From: TPA_inf: Saccharomyces
Lineage: Eukaryota
Length of the DNA: 64,000 bases
NCBI GenBank assembly: GCA_000146045.2
Contig: BK006941.2
Coordinates: 288,001 to 352,000, forward strand
Direction of reading: 5' to 3'
Shown: positions 11,978 to 23,526 of the stretch, piece after piece
Layout: each line of letters begins with the position of its first letter
Position numbering within the stretch: the first letter of the stretch is position 1
Position numbers and translations under genes: made by a program
Notes under the pieces: generated by a model
The model's database searches: none
What the model saw: only the letters and a program-made list of their open reading frames with translations
Told to the model about the DNA's origin: nothing

Positions 11978-13369
11978 ATGAGGTTACTAGTCAGCTGTGT
12001 GGATAGTGGATCCATAAAGGAAGTTTTGTGTAACATCGGGACTGACACTTCCGTACAATCAGCACTGCAGCCTTTTCATGTGGCACCTCATCTAGCCGAA
12101 GGATTGAAAGCTTACGTTGACAGGATGTGGGTGATATCCGAAGATGAAGCCATCTTAGCAAGGAATTCAGGGGTCGTCGAACTTGTAAAGATTTCGAAAC
12201 ACCTTAAAGAAAATGAAGCTCTCCAGGTCGATCCCAAAGGAGAAAGCAAAAATGAAAAGAGCCTTTCCGATGATCTACCCAAATTTGACATATCCGAGTT
12301 TGAGATAACCAGCTCAGTTTCAGACCTTTTTGATGATGCCAAATTGGAATCACTTTCAAGTAAATCTGTTAAAAGAACCAAGTTGGTGGATGGTTTTGTC
12401 ACATTATGTCCCATAAAAAAGGATTCGTCGAATAACACATTCGTAGCTGCTACCAAATCGGGATTATTACATATTATAAAAAAAGGAGAAGATAAAAAGT
12501 TAATAAAACTAGCATCCCTTGGACTGAAAGCACCAGTAGAATTTCTTCAGTTATATGATCTAGAAGATACCGATACTGATAAATATATATTTGCATACGG
12601 AGGGGAGGAGAATTTAATAAAATTAGTGGAAATAGATTCGAGTTTCCAATCTTTAAAGCAAATTTGGGAAGCCAAGAATGTTAAAAACGACAGGTTGGAT
12701 ATGAGAGTCCCAGTATGGCCCATGGCCCTAAGATTTTTGGAGCCCTCCCCTGGTAAAACTGAAAAGGGTAAGCTGAACTACCAGTTTGCAGCCATAACCC
12801 GTTGGTCCCACCTCACCAAATACAGCACACAACATGGCAGAAAACCGTTCGCTCAGATAGATTTATTACCTAACCGTGAACCATTATCTCAGATGGAAGT
12901 TTTTGATGCCAAGGGAGAAAATGTTGTCTCTTCGTTGGGGAATTTTCAATCTGAAACCTTTAATGAACTGAATGTGATTACTACTGACTACAAAAAGAAT
13001 GTTTTTAAATTCGATGGTAATGGAAGAATGTTGGGCAAGGTGGGTAGAGATGATATCACTGGTTCGTCAACCTATATTCATGTACATGACGGCAAATATC
13101 TTTTACAAGGTGGTTTAGATAGGTATGTTCGGATCTTCGATATAAAAACTAACAAAATGCTGGTGAAGGTTTATGTTGGGTCCCGTATAAATTTTATTGT
13201 TATGCTGGATGACGTTGAAATCGAGATGCCACTAAGTCCAAGTGCGAAAGCTGCCAAAGGGAAGCAAAAAAGGAAGGTTACAGAACTTGAAGAAGACGCA
13301 GATGAGCTTTGGAATAAATTGGAGGGAAAGGTAGCTGCTTCTAAAGCCAGTAAGAAAAGCAAAATTTAA
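11978..13369 (+). CDS. NSA1: WD-repeat 60S pre-ribosome biogenesis factor Nsa1 (463 aa)
   Basis: 463-aa ORF with a Lys-rich C-terminal tail; position matches YGL111W. Confidence 0.9.
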   Translation: MRLLVSCVDSGSIKEVLCNIGTDTSVQSALQPFHVAPHLAEGLKAYVDRMWVISEDEAILARNSGVVELVKISKHLKENEALQVDPKGESKNEKSLSDDLPKFDISEFEITSSVSDLFDDAKLESLSSKSVKRTKLVDGFVTLCPIKKDSSNNTFVAATKSGLLHIIKKGEDKKLIKLASLGLKAPVEFLQLYDLEDTDTDKYIFAYGGEENLIKLVEIDSSFQSLKQIWEAKNVKNDRLDMRVPVWPMALRFLEPSPGKTEKGKLNYQFAAITRWSHLTKYSTQHGRKPFAQIDLLPNREPLSQMEVFDAKGENVVSSLGNFQSETFNELNVITTDYKKNVFKFDGNGRMLGKVGRDDITGSSTYIHVHDGKYLLQGGLDRYVRIFDIKTNKMLVKVYVGSRINFIVMLDDVEIEMPLSPSAKAAKGKQKRKVTELEEDADELWNKLEGKVAASKASKKSKI

Positions 13370-13536
13370 TAGTAAAGGACGCTAATTGAAGGCAAAGTTT
13401 TACTAGTCGGCGGGAAAAATTATTAAAAAAAGCACTTCCTGAACGCGACGCTGAATAACTTATAATACGTTACATAATTGTATACCGTCTAGTAAACTTA
13501 CATACGCTTGTCTATCTTGTATGCTGATGCATTTTA

Positions 13537-15411
13537 TCAAATAGCGTTATTTCCCGCACGAGCCAATTTTTTATCGTGCCCCTTCTTACGGTTATGGTTA
13601 GCTCTAGCCCCTTTCCTTTTTTCATTCTTAGCATGCTGTCTTTTCTTCTGTTCAGTAGATTGAGGTTCATGTTTCTTAATATTTTCAGATTTTTTTTGTT
13701 TGGCTTGTTCTTTGACGACATTTCCATCATTTTGGCTATCACGATTATGAACATAAGACGTTTTCCCTGTTTTGCTATTTCCTTTGAACATAAACTTCTT
13801 TTCTAAAAGTCTTGCTCGGGTAGGAGATCTTTCTAACATCCGACACCAACCTTCGATTTTTTCATCCGACCATGAAGTCATTTCTTTCATAGTTTTCCTG
13901 ACTTTTGTACCTCTTTTTGATCTCTCAAATAATTTCGGATCCTCTTTCAATAGATTCCACAAGTAAGCTTCAACAATATGATAGTTATGATCTTGTCGCA
14001 CTTCATTAGAATCATCTTTTGTATCATAGCTTTCTTCGTCTTCTTGAAGTCCAATTCTTTTCGAAGGATCGGACCGGTTCACATCGGCTTCATCATAAGT
14101 GTCATCCCTTTCATCTTCATCAGCCTCGTATAAAAGTTTCAATGCTCTTGTCAAAGTTTTATTTCTTAATTCATCCGGAACACCCTCCGAGATAATCTTT
14201 TTGTCTAGCTCTTTATTTTTTGAGCTATCTCCTCTATCCAATATACTCAGTTCTTCAGTAAAGGATGCATTATCACCATCTGACACCGGCTCTACTTCTT
14301 CCTCCGCAGGTTCTCTGGAGAATGCTTCGATAATGGTAGGATCCTCAAATATTTTATTCGTTACTAATTCAATGTTATTATCATAGGCAAGCAACGTTTG
14401 AGATAATTGATATTTAGAAAACTGGGGGAACAATTCCATCAACGCGGACAGTTGTTCTTCATTAACTTCAGTACCTGATGATGTTGGATAGCTCATATGG
14501 TCTCCTTCGTCCATTGACAACCCCCCTAAATTCAGAAATAGTAACTTGCTCTTCAAATCAGGAAGCCTTTTGTGGACTCCTTCATTTATGAGCATTGTTC
14601 CTAAAAGAGGATATAACGCCAAAGTTTCAAAATTGCTTATGCCTAATTCTTTAGTTATTTTTAGTAAACGATCAGCAGAAACAGAAAATAAACTGATAAT
14701 GATCAATTCTCTAGCCTCTTTATGACCCCGGCCCTGTCCCTTTGCCCATAATGCCTCTAAAATTTCAATCCAATTTGCCGTAAAGAAGTTCTCCGCAAAC
14801 TTATTTGGCTGCATGGATTTGGCAGACAGCAGATCTTCAACGCACCTTAAATCTATTCTTTTAAATTTTCCAGATTCTATTAACTGCTTCAAATGCTGTT
14901 GAACTTGGTACGATTTGTCCAATTGTACACGTTGCGTGTTGATCCGTGGTTTCAATGAGCCATCGATCAAACCACGAATAGAATCTGGATTACGTCTAAC
15001 ATATACTTTGATCAAATTCCACAGGGAGTCACCAAAAATCTGAAGATGTAATAACCCGCATTTCTTGATCAATGAAAATATCCAGCCTTTTAGTAAATAT
15101 AACTGTTCAGACACATCATGGTTGATACCGAGACTTAATAACTTTCCTTCCTCATCAGCAATTTCATGCAAGTAAGTTCTCAAAAATAAACGAAGATGAT
15201 CAAGTGTAGATTCATCTAATAATTCAACGTTAGCACCTTGCATCAAATACTCAAAATACGTTACATAGGTTTCTATTAGATGCAGCCATACTACGGGGTC
15301 CTTTTCAATTAATTGAGCTCTGAGTTTAAACGGTGGAAATTTGACAATGGGCAGAGAAATATCTGCATTACCCCCATTTATTTCAATAACGCGGTTGTAC
15401 CTTGATAACAT
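13537..15411 (-). CDS. CUE3: CUE-domain ubiquitin-binding protein Cue3 (624 aa)
   Basis: The track ORF 13537..15453 begins at a TTG. The first in-frame ATG is at 15411 (rc of 'cat' at 15409-15411, reading MLSRYNRV), which gives the known 624 aa. The C-terminus is Lys/Arg-rich. Confidence 0.88.
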   Translation of the reverse strand: MLSRYNRVIEINGGNADISLPIVKFPPFKLRAQLIEKDPVVWLHLIETYVTYFEYLMQGANVELLDESTLDHLRLFLRTYLHEIADEEGKLLSLGINHDVSEQLYLLKGWIFSLIKKCGLLHLQIFGDSLWNLIKVYVRRNPDSIRGLIDGSLKPRINTQRVQLDKSYQVQQHLKQLIESGKFKRIDLRCVEDLLSAKSMQPNKFAENFFTANWIEILEALWAKGQGRGHKEARELIIISLFSVSADRLLKITKELGISNFETLALYPLLGTMLINEGVHKRLPDLKSKLLFLNLGGLSMDEGDHMSYPTSSGTEVNEEQLSALMELFPQFSKYQLSQTLLAYDNNIELVTNKIFEDPTIIEAFSREPAEEEVEPVSDGDNASFTEELSILDRGDSSKNKELDKKIISEGVPDELRNKTLTRALKLLYEADEDERDDTYDEADVNRSDPSKRIGLQEDEESYDTKDDSNEVRQDHNYHIVEAYLWNLLKEDPKLFERSKRGTKVRKTMKEMTSWSDEKIEGWCRMLERSPTRARLLEKKFMFKGNSKTGKTSYVHNRDSQNDGNVVKEQAKQKKSENIKKHEPQSTEQKKRQHAKNEKRKGARANHNRKKGHDKKLARAGNNAI

Positions 15412-15648
15412 TATTCTTAGTGATTCTATCCTATAAAAATTTCCAAGATTCAATAGTTAACTCGAATGTCTCTCATTTATGAGAACTAGTGTTTTATATT
15501 TTCATTTTTTCTATGGCCGCGCAAAATCCATTGGCAGATATTCAGGTATATAAACGTTACAAAGCCAAGAGGAGAATGGAAGGCCAACAAAAAAATTCTT
15601 GTACAATTGCATATATTGATTCATTACAATATTACTGCCGTCGTTCTC

Positions 15649-16071
15649 TCAGTCATAAATCATGTTTTCCCTTTCCCTCTCAGCATGCTTTTTCTCGGCC
15701 TCTTCCATTAAGCGAGTCTTATGAGACTTGGCACGCTCTTGAGCTAGCTTTTTGCCTAACTCGCCCTTATTGTACTTTTCATTCGTCTCTTGAAATCTCT
15801 TCTCAGCAGCTAACCTTGCGGCCTCCTTTGGGCTAACTTTATTTTTGCTCGGATCACTTGTATCAGTTAATTTGCTGCCTTCTTTCCTTTGCACAACCGG
15901 GACAGTTGTACTCTTTAGTTGTGTCTTCTTCTTTTTATCTTTCTTCTCTTTATGTCGAAGTTCTTGCTTTGACTTGACTGTATCACGATTAATTGGTTTT
16001 GTTCTTGCTTTAGTTGCCACCGTCGTAGTTTGTGAAGGCATTGGTTGGGTTTTACTTCCGCAAAGCCCCAT
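15649..16071 (-). CDS. YGL108C: Small basic protein with an N-myristoylation motif (MGLCGSK), 140 aa
   Basis: ATG is the rc of 16069-16071; the N-terminus MGxxxS/K fits an N-myristoylation signal; the protein is Lys/Glu-rich. Confidence 0.8.
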   Translation of the reverse strand: MGLCGSKTQPMPSQTTTVATKARTKPINRDTVKSKQELRHKEKKDKKKKTQLKSTTVPVVQRKEGSKLTDTSDPSKNKVSPKEAARLAAEKRFQETNEKYNKGELGKKLAQERAKSHKTRLMEEAEKKHAERERENMIYD

Positions 16072-16332
16072 ACTATGTACTTAAATATTTGTTGTTGTTT
16101 GCTGGTGCAAATTTCCTGGATGATGTTAATGATAATTATAGACCGCTTTTATATAGTCTTATGCCTATCCTTTTCATTTTTATTTTTCTAGAGGGAAAAA
16201 ATCGCTGATTACATGAGGGAAAAAAATATACACATTTCTTGATCATAGAAGATTCGATCTTATATATTATACGTTTAAATGTTTATTTACAAGCATGCAT
16301 AAATTGAGATGGGGAGAATGAATGCGCTAGTA

Positions 16333-18273
16333 CTATTGCTCCTTAGCAATAAAGCTATGTAGTTGAGGAACAGGAATGTCCTCGGCACTCAAGTCAGAAT
16401 AACCGCTCAGATACTCATTTAATATTGGGTATGACTCTGCGCATCCAGTGGTATACCTATATACTTGCTTGGTAGCGCGAAAGTAGGGCGTATATCTTTT
16501 TAATATTTTCAAGTACAGCTCTATTCTGTCTTCTGAATTCGAAGTAGAATCCTCATTTTTCAAATTTTCCAATGGCTTCGGAACTTTTATGTCGTCTTCT
16601 GTGGTCGTAGTCGTTGCTGGTGTTCCTTTAGCTTTTGCAGAAAAGACCTTTTCATCCCTCTTTGATTGTGACCATACGACAGTGGCATCCCTCAAAGCGG
16701 ACAGATCAGCATTGGCTATATATTGTTGGCCCAATTCATTCAGTTTCTTGACCAACTCCAGCCATCTATCCAGAATCTCTTCATTATTCGTGTTGTCTAT
16801 GCTTCCCAATGATTTCAGTAGTATTCTATATGATATAATAGTTCTTGGAATATGGTACAAAGTATAGTTTTTATCGATAAAATCGATTATGCTGCGTTCG
16901 TGCCAGATAGATGCTCTAGTTAACATAACGTTAAAAAATGGTTCATCAATTTTTTTGACCCCACTGTAAAACGTTATGATTTCTTGAAGCTTACGGAAAC
17001 CATTGATATTGTCATTAATATAGTTTTCGAAGAATATTGTGAAAAAAGTGTTGTTTAGTGAGGACAAAATTCCAGGATTAACAGTGTTACCATAAAATTT
17101 TACAGCCTTTTCCCATATTCTATAAACATGATCAAAATCGTTCTGTGCTTTCCATATATTCTGCAAAAAAGAGTTCACTGTAGAGACTTGTAAAATAATC
17201 TTGTATGGCATTTCATCGTTGATAATTTTGTCAAAGAAACTTTCTGCCAACGTTAAATTCTTGGAATCACCAATGAAGCTTAAGTGCGTTTCAATTAAAT
17301 AACCGTAATTCCTCACTTCAGCCTTTTCACATAATTGGCCGAAGAGGGATAATGCCTTTTCGTAGTCTTCCGCCTTGATGAAGACTTTTATCAGTCCGCT
17401 GTAAAGATTGGGATGGATAAATTCTTTGGATTGAATAATTTGGTTATATAGCTCGTTAGGCTCAGTCAGAGAACGCGTTTTTGCATAAAGTAATGGCAGC
17501 ATAAAACCAACCACTTTTGGTTCTTGGAATGCCTGTGAAGTAGTCTCGTCGGACAAATTCTTTGACGCTTCCCAAATTCGAATACAGTCATCGTCAAATG
17601 ACAGCTCTTTAAATGAAGTCAATAGATGAGTAGCTCCATATCCGCTGACAGACACCTTGCCTATCAAAATGTCATCAGATATATCCTTTAATGAATTACA
17701 TAGAAAGTTCATCATTTCCTTGTGAAAAGATTGCGAATCGTAGTCTGGCTTTCTACTTAATTTTACCAATTGGTCTCTCGTCGACCTCAGACCGTTATGC
17801 AGCAGATGAATCAAACGTGACACCCGGTACGCATTGAAATCAGGCGATTCTCTCAAAGAATAGTATAACTCCATTGCTCTGCCCATGGAGTCCCAAAACA
17901 TGGCGAATGATGGATTTTTATTCAATTGGTTGTTTCCTATTCTTTTGTATGTATTTTGCAAAGGCGTGGTAGAGTACTTTAAAGCAGATGATACACACTC
18001 ATCAAACGAAAGAAGCTCGTGGCGCCATGGAGAAGCTGGATCCACATTAAACACATTCTGTTCTGTTTTGCGCTGTTCTCGCCCATTCTTCTTGTCCAAA
18101 ACGCCCTTAGGTACATTTTTATGAAATATCGGACTGGAGTGGTAAGTACGGTCGCTAAGAACTACGTTGGCAAGCTTACCTCTCAGCATTGCTATCGAAC
18201 CGGAGTTAACAACGTTGCTTACGCTTATTTCCATAGTTTTTAACGATCTCACCGCATTTCTTCTAAGCATCAT
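16333..18273 (-). CDS. RMD9: Mitochondrial mRNA stability/processing factor Rmd9 (646 aa)
   Basis: 646-aa minus-strand ORF beginning MMLRRNAVRSLKT, a mitochondrial presequence-like N-terminus. Confidence 0.9.
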   Translation of the reverse strand: MMLRRNAVRSLKTMEISVSNVVNSGSIAMLRGKLANVVLSDRTYHSSPIFHKNVPKGVLDKKNGREQRKTEQNVFNVDPASPWRHELLSFDECVSSALKYSTTPLQNTYKRIGNNQLNKNPSFAMFWDSMGRAMELYYSLRESPDFNAYRVSRLIHLLHNGLRSTRDQLVKLSRKPDYDSQSFHKEMMNFLCNSLKDISDDILIGKVSVSGYGATHLLTSFKELSFDDDCIRIWEASKNLSDETTSQAFQEPKVVGFMLPLLYAKTRSLTEPNELYNQIIQSKEFIHPNLYSGLIKVFIKAEDYEKALSLFGQLCEKAEVRNYGYLIETHLSFIGDSKNLTLAESFFDKIINDEMPYKIILQVSTVNSFLQNIWKAQNDFDHVYRIWEKAVKFYGNTVNPGILSSLNNTFFTIFFENYINDNINGFRKLQEIITFYSGVKKIDEPFFNVMLTRASIWHERSIIDFIDKNYTLYHIPRTIISYRILLKSLGSIDNTNNEEILDRWLELVKKLNELGQQYIANADLSALRDATVVWSQSKRDEKVFSAKAKGTPATTTTTEDDIKVPKPLENLKNEDSTSNSEDRIELYLKILKRYTPYFRATKQVYRYTTGCAESYPILNEYLSGYSDLSAEDIPVPQLHSFIAKEQ

Positions 18274-18559
18274 TGTCCCTTTTGCAGTATATGGACTCTC
18301 CGAATAGTGTAAGAAAATGACACTGAAACCTCACCTTCTTTTACTTATTGCTTAGACCCTCATTACAATGCCATACTGAATACATTTTTTCGAATCTTGT
18401 TCAGTCAGGAACCTCAACCATATATCATTACACACGAGTAGTAACAAAAGCATTTTGAAGTAAGATTTGAAACAAAATAATACTCAGAGTAGATCGACGT
18501 ATAAGAGTTCCTTCCCCAGCGTATTCCGCCACCACCCATCGCACATACATAGAATAACA

Positions 18560-19009
18560 ATGTCAGCCACCAGAGCCAATAAAGATATTTTCACACTATT
18601 CGACAAGAAGGGTCAAGGCGCCATTGCCAAGGATTCCTTGGGAGATTACCTGAGGGCAATTGGCTACAACCCCACCAACCAGCTCGTACAGGACATCATA
18701 AACGCGGATTCGAGCTTGAGAGACGCCTCTAGCTTGACGCTGGACCAGATTACAGGCCTAATTGAAGTCAACGAAAAGGAATTGGATGCAACTACCAAGG
18801 CAAAGACAGAAGACTTCGTCAAGGCATTCCAGGTCTTCGACAAGGAAAGTACAGGCAAGGTATCCGTTGGTGACTTAAGGTACATGCTAACTGGCTTGGG
18901 TGAAAAGTTAACCGACGCTGAAGTAGACGAGCTGTTGAAGGGTGTTGAAGTGGACAGCAACGGAGAAATTGACTACAAGAAGTTCATCGAAGATGTTTTG
19001 AGACAATGA
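18560..19009 (+). CDS. MLC1: Essential myosin light chain Mlc1, EF-hand protein (149 aa)
   Basis: The track ORF starts upstream at 18467, but the genuine ATG is at 18560 (MSATRANKDIFTLFDKKGQG...); calmodulin-like EF-hands; 149 aa. Confidence 0.9.
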   Translation: MSATRANKDIFTLFDKKGQGAIAKDSLGDYLRAIGYNPTNQLVQDIINADSSLRDASSLTLDQITGLIEVNEKELDATTKAKTEDFVKAFQVFDKESTGKVSVGDLRYMLTGLGEKLTDAEVDELLKGVEVDSNGEIDYKKFIEDVLRQ

Positions 19010-19179
19010 GAGTGCGGAACTGCAAATTTAGACATTTATTACTATATAACAGAGTCCTATCGACATAAAAACGAAAAAAGCGCCATTATGCAATGAAAAC
19101 TTGCCAGCGGTTTTTCATTTTTCATACTGGTAATTCAGAGAGCCAAGTCTTTCTTTATAATGCATAGCAATAAATAGTC

Positions 19180-19180
<1 letters not shown>

Positions 19181-19206
<26 letters not shown>
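19181..19206. repeat. (TA)13 microsatellite in the MLC1 3' / ARC1 5' intergenic region
   Basis: Read directly; shorter (TA)n runs also at 10095..10112 and 33488..33507. Confidence 0.95.
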
Positions 19207-19212
<6 letters not shown>

Positions 19213-19436
19213 TATATATGAACATATATATGAACAAATAAATGATAATGGTATGTGATAGTCATTATTAACGATTAAGCGTTTTTCTTCAGTTTCTGAG
19301 GGATTCTAACCGCTTGGCGATTTTGCAAGAGATAAGAAAATTTTTCAGTCATATGGATAACCTAACACAGCGTGCGACGTATTTTACTTCAGGGCCCAAT
19401 TGAATAAGAAAGTATAATATAGAGTTTCAAGAGTCA

Positions 19437-20567
19437 ATGTCCGATCTCGTTACCAAGTTCGAATCGCTTATTATTTCAAAGTATCCAGTTTCTTTCACTA
19501 AAGAACAATCTGCTCAAGCTGCCCAATGGGAATCGGTTCTAAAATCTGGTCAAATCCAACCACACTTAGATCAATTGAATTTGGTGTTAAGAGACAACAC
19601 CTTCATTGTGTCCACTTTGTACCCAACATCTACCGACGTTCACGTCTTCGAAGTCGCCTTACCATTGATTAAGGATTTAGTGGCAAGCTCCAAGGATGTC
19701 AAGTCAACTTATACCACATACAGACATATTTTGAGATGGATTGATTACATGCAAAACTTGTTGGAAGTGTCGAGCACTGACAAGTTAGAAATAAATCACG
19801 ATTTGGACTTACCTCATGAAGTTATTGAGAAGAAGAAAAAGGCACCTGCGGGTGGCGCTGCTGATGCCGCAGCCAAGGCAGACGAAGATGTTAGTAAGAA
19901 GGCTAAAAAGCAAGATCATCCAAGAGGTAAGCCTGATGAAGAAACCCTTAAGAAATTGAGAGAGGAGGCAAAGGCCAAGAAGGCAGCTAAGAAGGCCGCC
20001 AACGCCAAACAACAACAAGAGCAACAAAATAAGGCCCCAGAAAAGCCAAAGCCATCCGCAATAGATTTCCGTGTTGGTTTTATTCAAAAAGCCATCAAGC
20101 ACCCAGATGCCGACTCCCTATATGTCTCTACAATTGATGTCGGTGATGAAGAAGGCCCAAGAACTGTTTGTTCTGGTTTGGTCAAGCATTTTCCTTTGGA
20201 CGCTATGCAAGAACGTTATGTTGTTGTTGTATGCAACTTGAAACCAGTTAACATGAGAGGTATTAAATCCACTGCTATGGTATTGTGTGGTTCTAACGAC
20301 GACAAAGTTGAATTTGTCGAGCCACCAAAGGACTCTAAGGCCGGTGACAAGGTGTTCTTTGAAGGTTTCGGTGACGAAGCTCCAATGAAGCAATTGAATC
20401 CAAAAAAGAAGATCTGGGAACACTTACAACCTCATTTTACTACAAATGACGGGTTGGAAGTTATCTTCAAAGACGAAGAAGAAAAGGACCATCCTGTAAG
20501 AAAGTTGACCAACGCTAAGGGCGAATCATTCAAGGTTGCTAGTATTGCTAATGCTCAAGTCCGTTAA
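19437..20567 (+). CDS. ARC1: Aminoacyl-tRNA synthetase cofactor Arc1 (376 aa): GST-like N-terminus, Lys/Ala-rich linker, EMAPII-like tRNA-binding C-terminus
   Basis: 376 aa; central [11 protein letters not shown] linker; C-terminal OB-fold tRNA-binding domain. Confidence 0.92.
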   Translation: MSDLVTKFESLIISKYPVSFTKEQSAQAAQWESVLKSGQIQPHLDQLNLVLRDNTFIVSTLYPTSTDVHVFEVALPLIKDLVASSKDVKSTYTTYRHILRWIDYMQNLLEVSSTDKLEINHDLDLPHEVIEKKKKAPAGGAADAAAKADEDVSKKAKKQDHPRGKPDEETLKKLREEAKAKKAAKKAANAKQQQEQQNKAPEKPKPSAIDFRVGFIQKAIKHPDADSLYVSTIDVGDEEGPRTVCSGLVKHFPLDAMQERYVVVVCNLKPVNMRGIKSTAMVLCGSNDDKVEFVEPPKDSKAGDKVFFEGFGDEAPMKQLNPKKKIWEHLQPHFTTNDGLEVIFKDEEEKDHPVRKLTNAKGESFKVASIANAQVR

Positions 20568-20712
20568 AAAGATATAATATCACGAATTTGTTACTAATTT
20601 AACATGCGTAAATACTTATTTCACATATATAATTCAAAGATTTATAAGTAAATGTCTTTGTGCTAATAACACGCCGTCCCGATACGCCTCAATGGTTAGC
20701 CCTTATTTCATT

Positions 20713-22173
20713 TTAGCCGCTCCTCTTGGTCTCCGGAACCTTCTTCCAGATAAAGGCGCTTATTGAGCATGCTATGATAGCAAAAATGATGAAAACATAA
20801 CCTGACAAAACATCATGAATAATAGGGAAAGTATATGCAATGATAAAAGTTCCTACCCAATTGCAAATGGTACCATATCTTTGCGCAAGGACCATATCCT
20901 GTGGTTTTGATACTTCTCTCATTATTATAAATGGCAACGGATTTAACCCCATCGTGAAAACGCCCATATATATAAATGAAAACACAATCAAAAGGTTCAT
21001 TTTATTATGGTTCATTGCTATTCCCATAATGAAGGCGGTAACAGAAACTAAGACGGTGGACGTCATCAGAAGCGGTTTACGTGGCAAACTATGAATTAGC
21101 AGAGAAACTAGTATGGTGACTAATACATTCACCATACTAATGAAAAAGTTTATCCTAATTGCGTGCTGAGGATACAGTTGACTAATTATCTTGGTACCAT
21201 ATAGTACAATGGAGTTTATACCGCAGAATTGTTGGCCAAATAACAATACAGTGATAACATGGCGAGACTTGACATTTGTTCTGTCCCTCAAGTATTTCCA
21301 TAATGAATTAGAACCGCTAATAGAGTTCGTGGTGGTTGGTTCAATCAACGGATCCCCAGATTCTATTTGCAGTTGCCAATCCTGTATCTCTTGTGCGGCT
21401 TCATCAAAAGTCACGCCACGTAGCTTACATAGAGATAACTTAGCATCGGTGACTCTTCCATGTGCTAACAACCATTTTGGAGATTCATCGACTATAAACC
21501 ACATGAAAAAATTCAATACCGCGATAAGGAAGCTACCAAACAAAATCCACCTCCAACGGTATGAATCAGTCAGTGGGAGGGCTATTCCTTGTGTCAACAA
21601 GACCCCTAACCTGATACAGATTTGTGTCATCGAACCCAGTAAACCTTCCCAACCGCTTGGAGCAACTTCCTTAATGAAAAGGGGTATAATCACGATCAAA
21701 GAGCCACACGAAATACCCACTAGAATTCTACCAATGATTAAGCCCCTATAACTATTCGAATTGAAGATTATCAGCGAACCGACGATATTCAATGTGCAGT
21801 TAATTAAACTTGAGAACTTCCTTCCATAAATATTGGCCAGACTGGTGGCAAAATAAGAGCCCAAAATGCCTCCAATGCAAAAAACGGAGGTCACGATTCC
21901 AATCTGTTCATCATTCAATGGTATACATTGCTTATATCCTCTTTTTCCCAGCCATGTTCTGTCATAGGGATAGCCCTCCATGGGAATGTCAAATTCTGAG
22001 CACGAAAGCACCTGCTGAGGTGCATTTAATTCCGACAAGTGGTAACCAAATTGTATTGAACCGATTGAGGCTACTATAATTGCATAACATAACGCCTTTG
22101 TAATTTTATGCTTGTTTTGCCTTGGCATGCTAACATTGGATAGCAACGATGCACTAGATAGAATCCTATTCAT
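20713..22173 (-). CDS. VPS73: MFS sugar-transporter-like membrane protein Vps73 (486 aa)
   Basis: 486-aa polytopic ORF with MFS sugar-porter signatures (e.g. 'GRK/GRR' loops). Confidence 0.88.
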   Translation of the reverse strand: MNRILSSASLLSNVSMPRQNKHKITKALCYAIIVASIGSIQFGYHLSELNAPQQVLSCSEFDIPMEGYPYDRTWLGKRGYKQCIPLNDEQIGIVTSVFCIGGILGSYFATSLANIYGRKFSSLINCTLNIVGSLIIFNSNSYRGLIIGRILVGISCGSLIVIIPLFIKEVAPSGWEGLLGSMTQICIRLGVLLTQGIALPLTDSYRWRWILFGSFLIAVLNFFMWFIVDESPKWLLAHGRVTDAKLSLCKLRGVTFDEAAQEIQDWQLQIESGDPLIEPTTTNSISGSNSLWKYLRDRTNVKSRHVITVLLFGQQFCGINSIVLYGTKIISQLYPQHAIRINFFISMVNVLVTILVSLLIHSLPRKPLLMTSTVLVSVTAFIMGIAMNHNKMNLLIVFSFIYMGVFTMGLNPLPFIIMREVSKPQDMVLAQRYGTICNWVGTFIIAYTFPIIHDVLSGYVFIIFAIIACSISAFIWKKVPETKRSG

Positions 22174-22702
22174 ACTATGCTACGTACCTGTTTAACTCTT
22201 CTCATTTTATCCGTTTTCTTTCTTCACCGTTCCTCTTAAGTTCTTTATTTTTTTCATAACAGAATGATCACCCCTTTCACTTTGCCGCCAATATAATATT
22301 AACACACAAGAAATAAGTATGAGGTAGTTTGCTCTCGAAAAAACCAAGTAATAGTTCAAAAAATGAAAAAAAGAAAACAAATACCAAATTATGCCACCGT
22401 TACCTTACGTTTCATGGTTAATCATCGTTTACTGCCGCCTATGAGCGTAAGCTAATGTTATAAAGAAACAAGCTATAATATTGTTAAATATAGTTGATCA
22501 ACAGCATTGTAATGATTACAAGAGACGAGGTGGAATGAACCTTATGAAATGCGTATTATATATAAACTGTAATAAGAGCTAAGTTGAATTGAAATCTACG
22601 ATACTTGATGTTGACATTATAGCACTAGTTCCCAGGAAACCCTTTCGAAAAACACAGCAAAAACAAGAGTACTGTAACCAATGTAACATCTGTACACCAG
22701 GG

Positions 22703-22713
22703 ACCCACACATT
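22703..22713 (+). promoter_or_regulatory. Rap1-like site (ACCCACACATT) about 260 bp upstream of RPL28
   Basis: C1-3A-type motif followed by T-rich tracts (22726..22760), the typical ribosomal-protein gene promoter architecture. Confidence 0.4.
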
Positions 22714-22966
22714 ACCAAAATCAAAATTATTTTTCTAATGCCTGTTATTTTTCCTATTTTTCCTCTGGCGCGTGAATAGCCCGCAGAGACGCAAACAATT
22801 TTCCTCGCAGTTTTTCGCTTGTTTAATGCGTATTTTCCCAGATAGGTTCAAACCTTTCATCTGTATCCCGTATATTTAAGATGGCGTTTGCTTTCTCCGT
22901 TGATTTTTTTCCTTCTTAGTGATTTTTTTGCATTAAATCCCAGAACAATCATCCAACTAATCAAGA

Positions 22967-23015
22967 ATGCCTTCCAGATTCACTAAGACTAGAAAGCACA
23001 GAGGTCACGTCTCAG
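22967..23015 (+). CDS. RPL28: Ribosomal protein L28 (uL15), exon 1 (MPSRFTKTRKHRGHVS + first nt of codon 17)
   Basis: ATG at 22967; the exon ends ...TCAG followed by the GTATGT 5' splice site at 23016. Confidence 0.9.
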
Positions 23016-23526
23016 GTATGTAGTTCCATTTGGAAGAGGGAATGAAAGAACCAAGACGGTGACTTTTTTTTTAGTGTTGTGCAACCAATATGTCGTGTGT
23101 ATATCATGGTACAGGAGAATGTCAATCAGCTAAGTGTACTCAACATATTTCTTTGTGTTTTGATTGCGAACTTTGTATTACCATCTCACTGTTGAGACGG
23201 CTTATTTGAGGTAATAGCTCGAGTAAATGTACTCTTCCATCGCAAACTGAGCAAAAAGAAAGTGTGCATAGCCTTTGTCATACTTCTCCTTTATTATACC
23301 ATGATATTCAGAACAGTCATACTGTCTACTCATTTTACGGCTATAAAAGGTAACTTTCATTTAGATTATGGAAAGCACTAATTATCGCTGTATCAAATGG
23401 TTGTAGAGAGCGCAATTATGAAAAAGAGTTACCACGTTTCTTTTGTTTCGATAAAATGTCCAGTTGAAAACCTGTTTTACTAACGATTTAAAAATTGTAT
23501 TTCATTACAATATTTTTTTTGTACAG

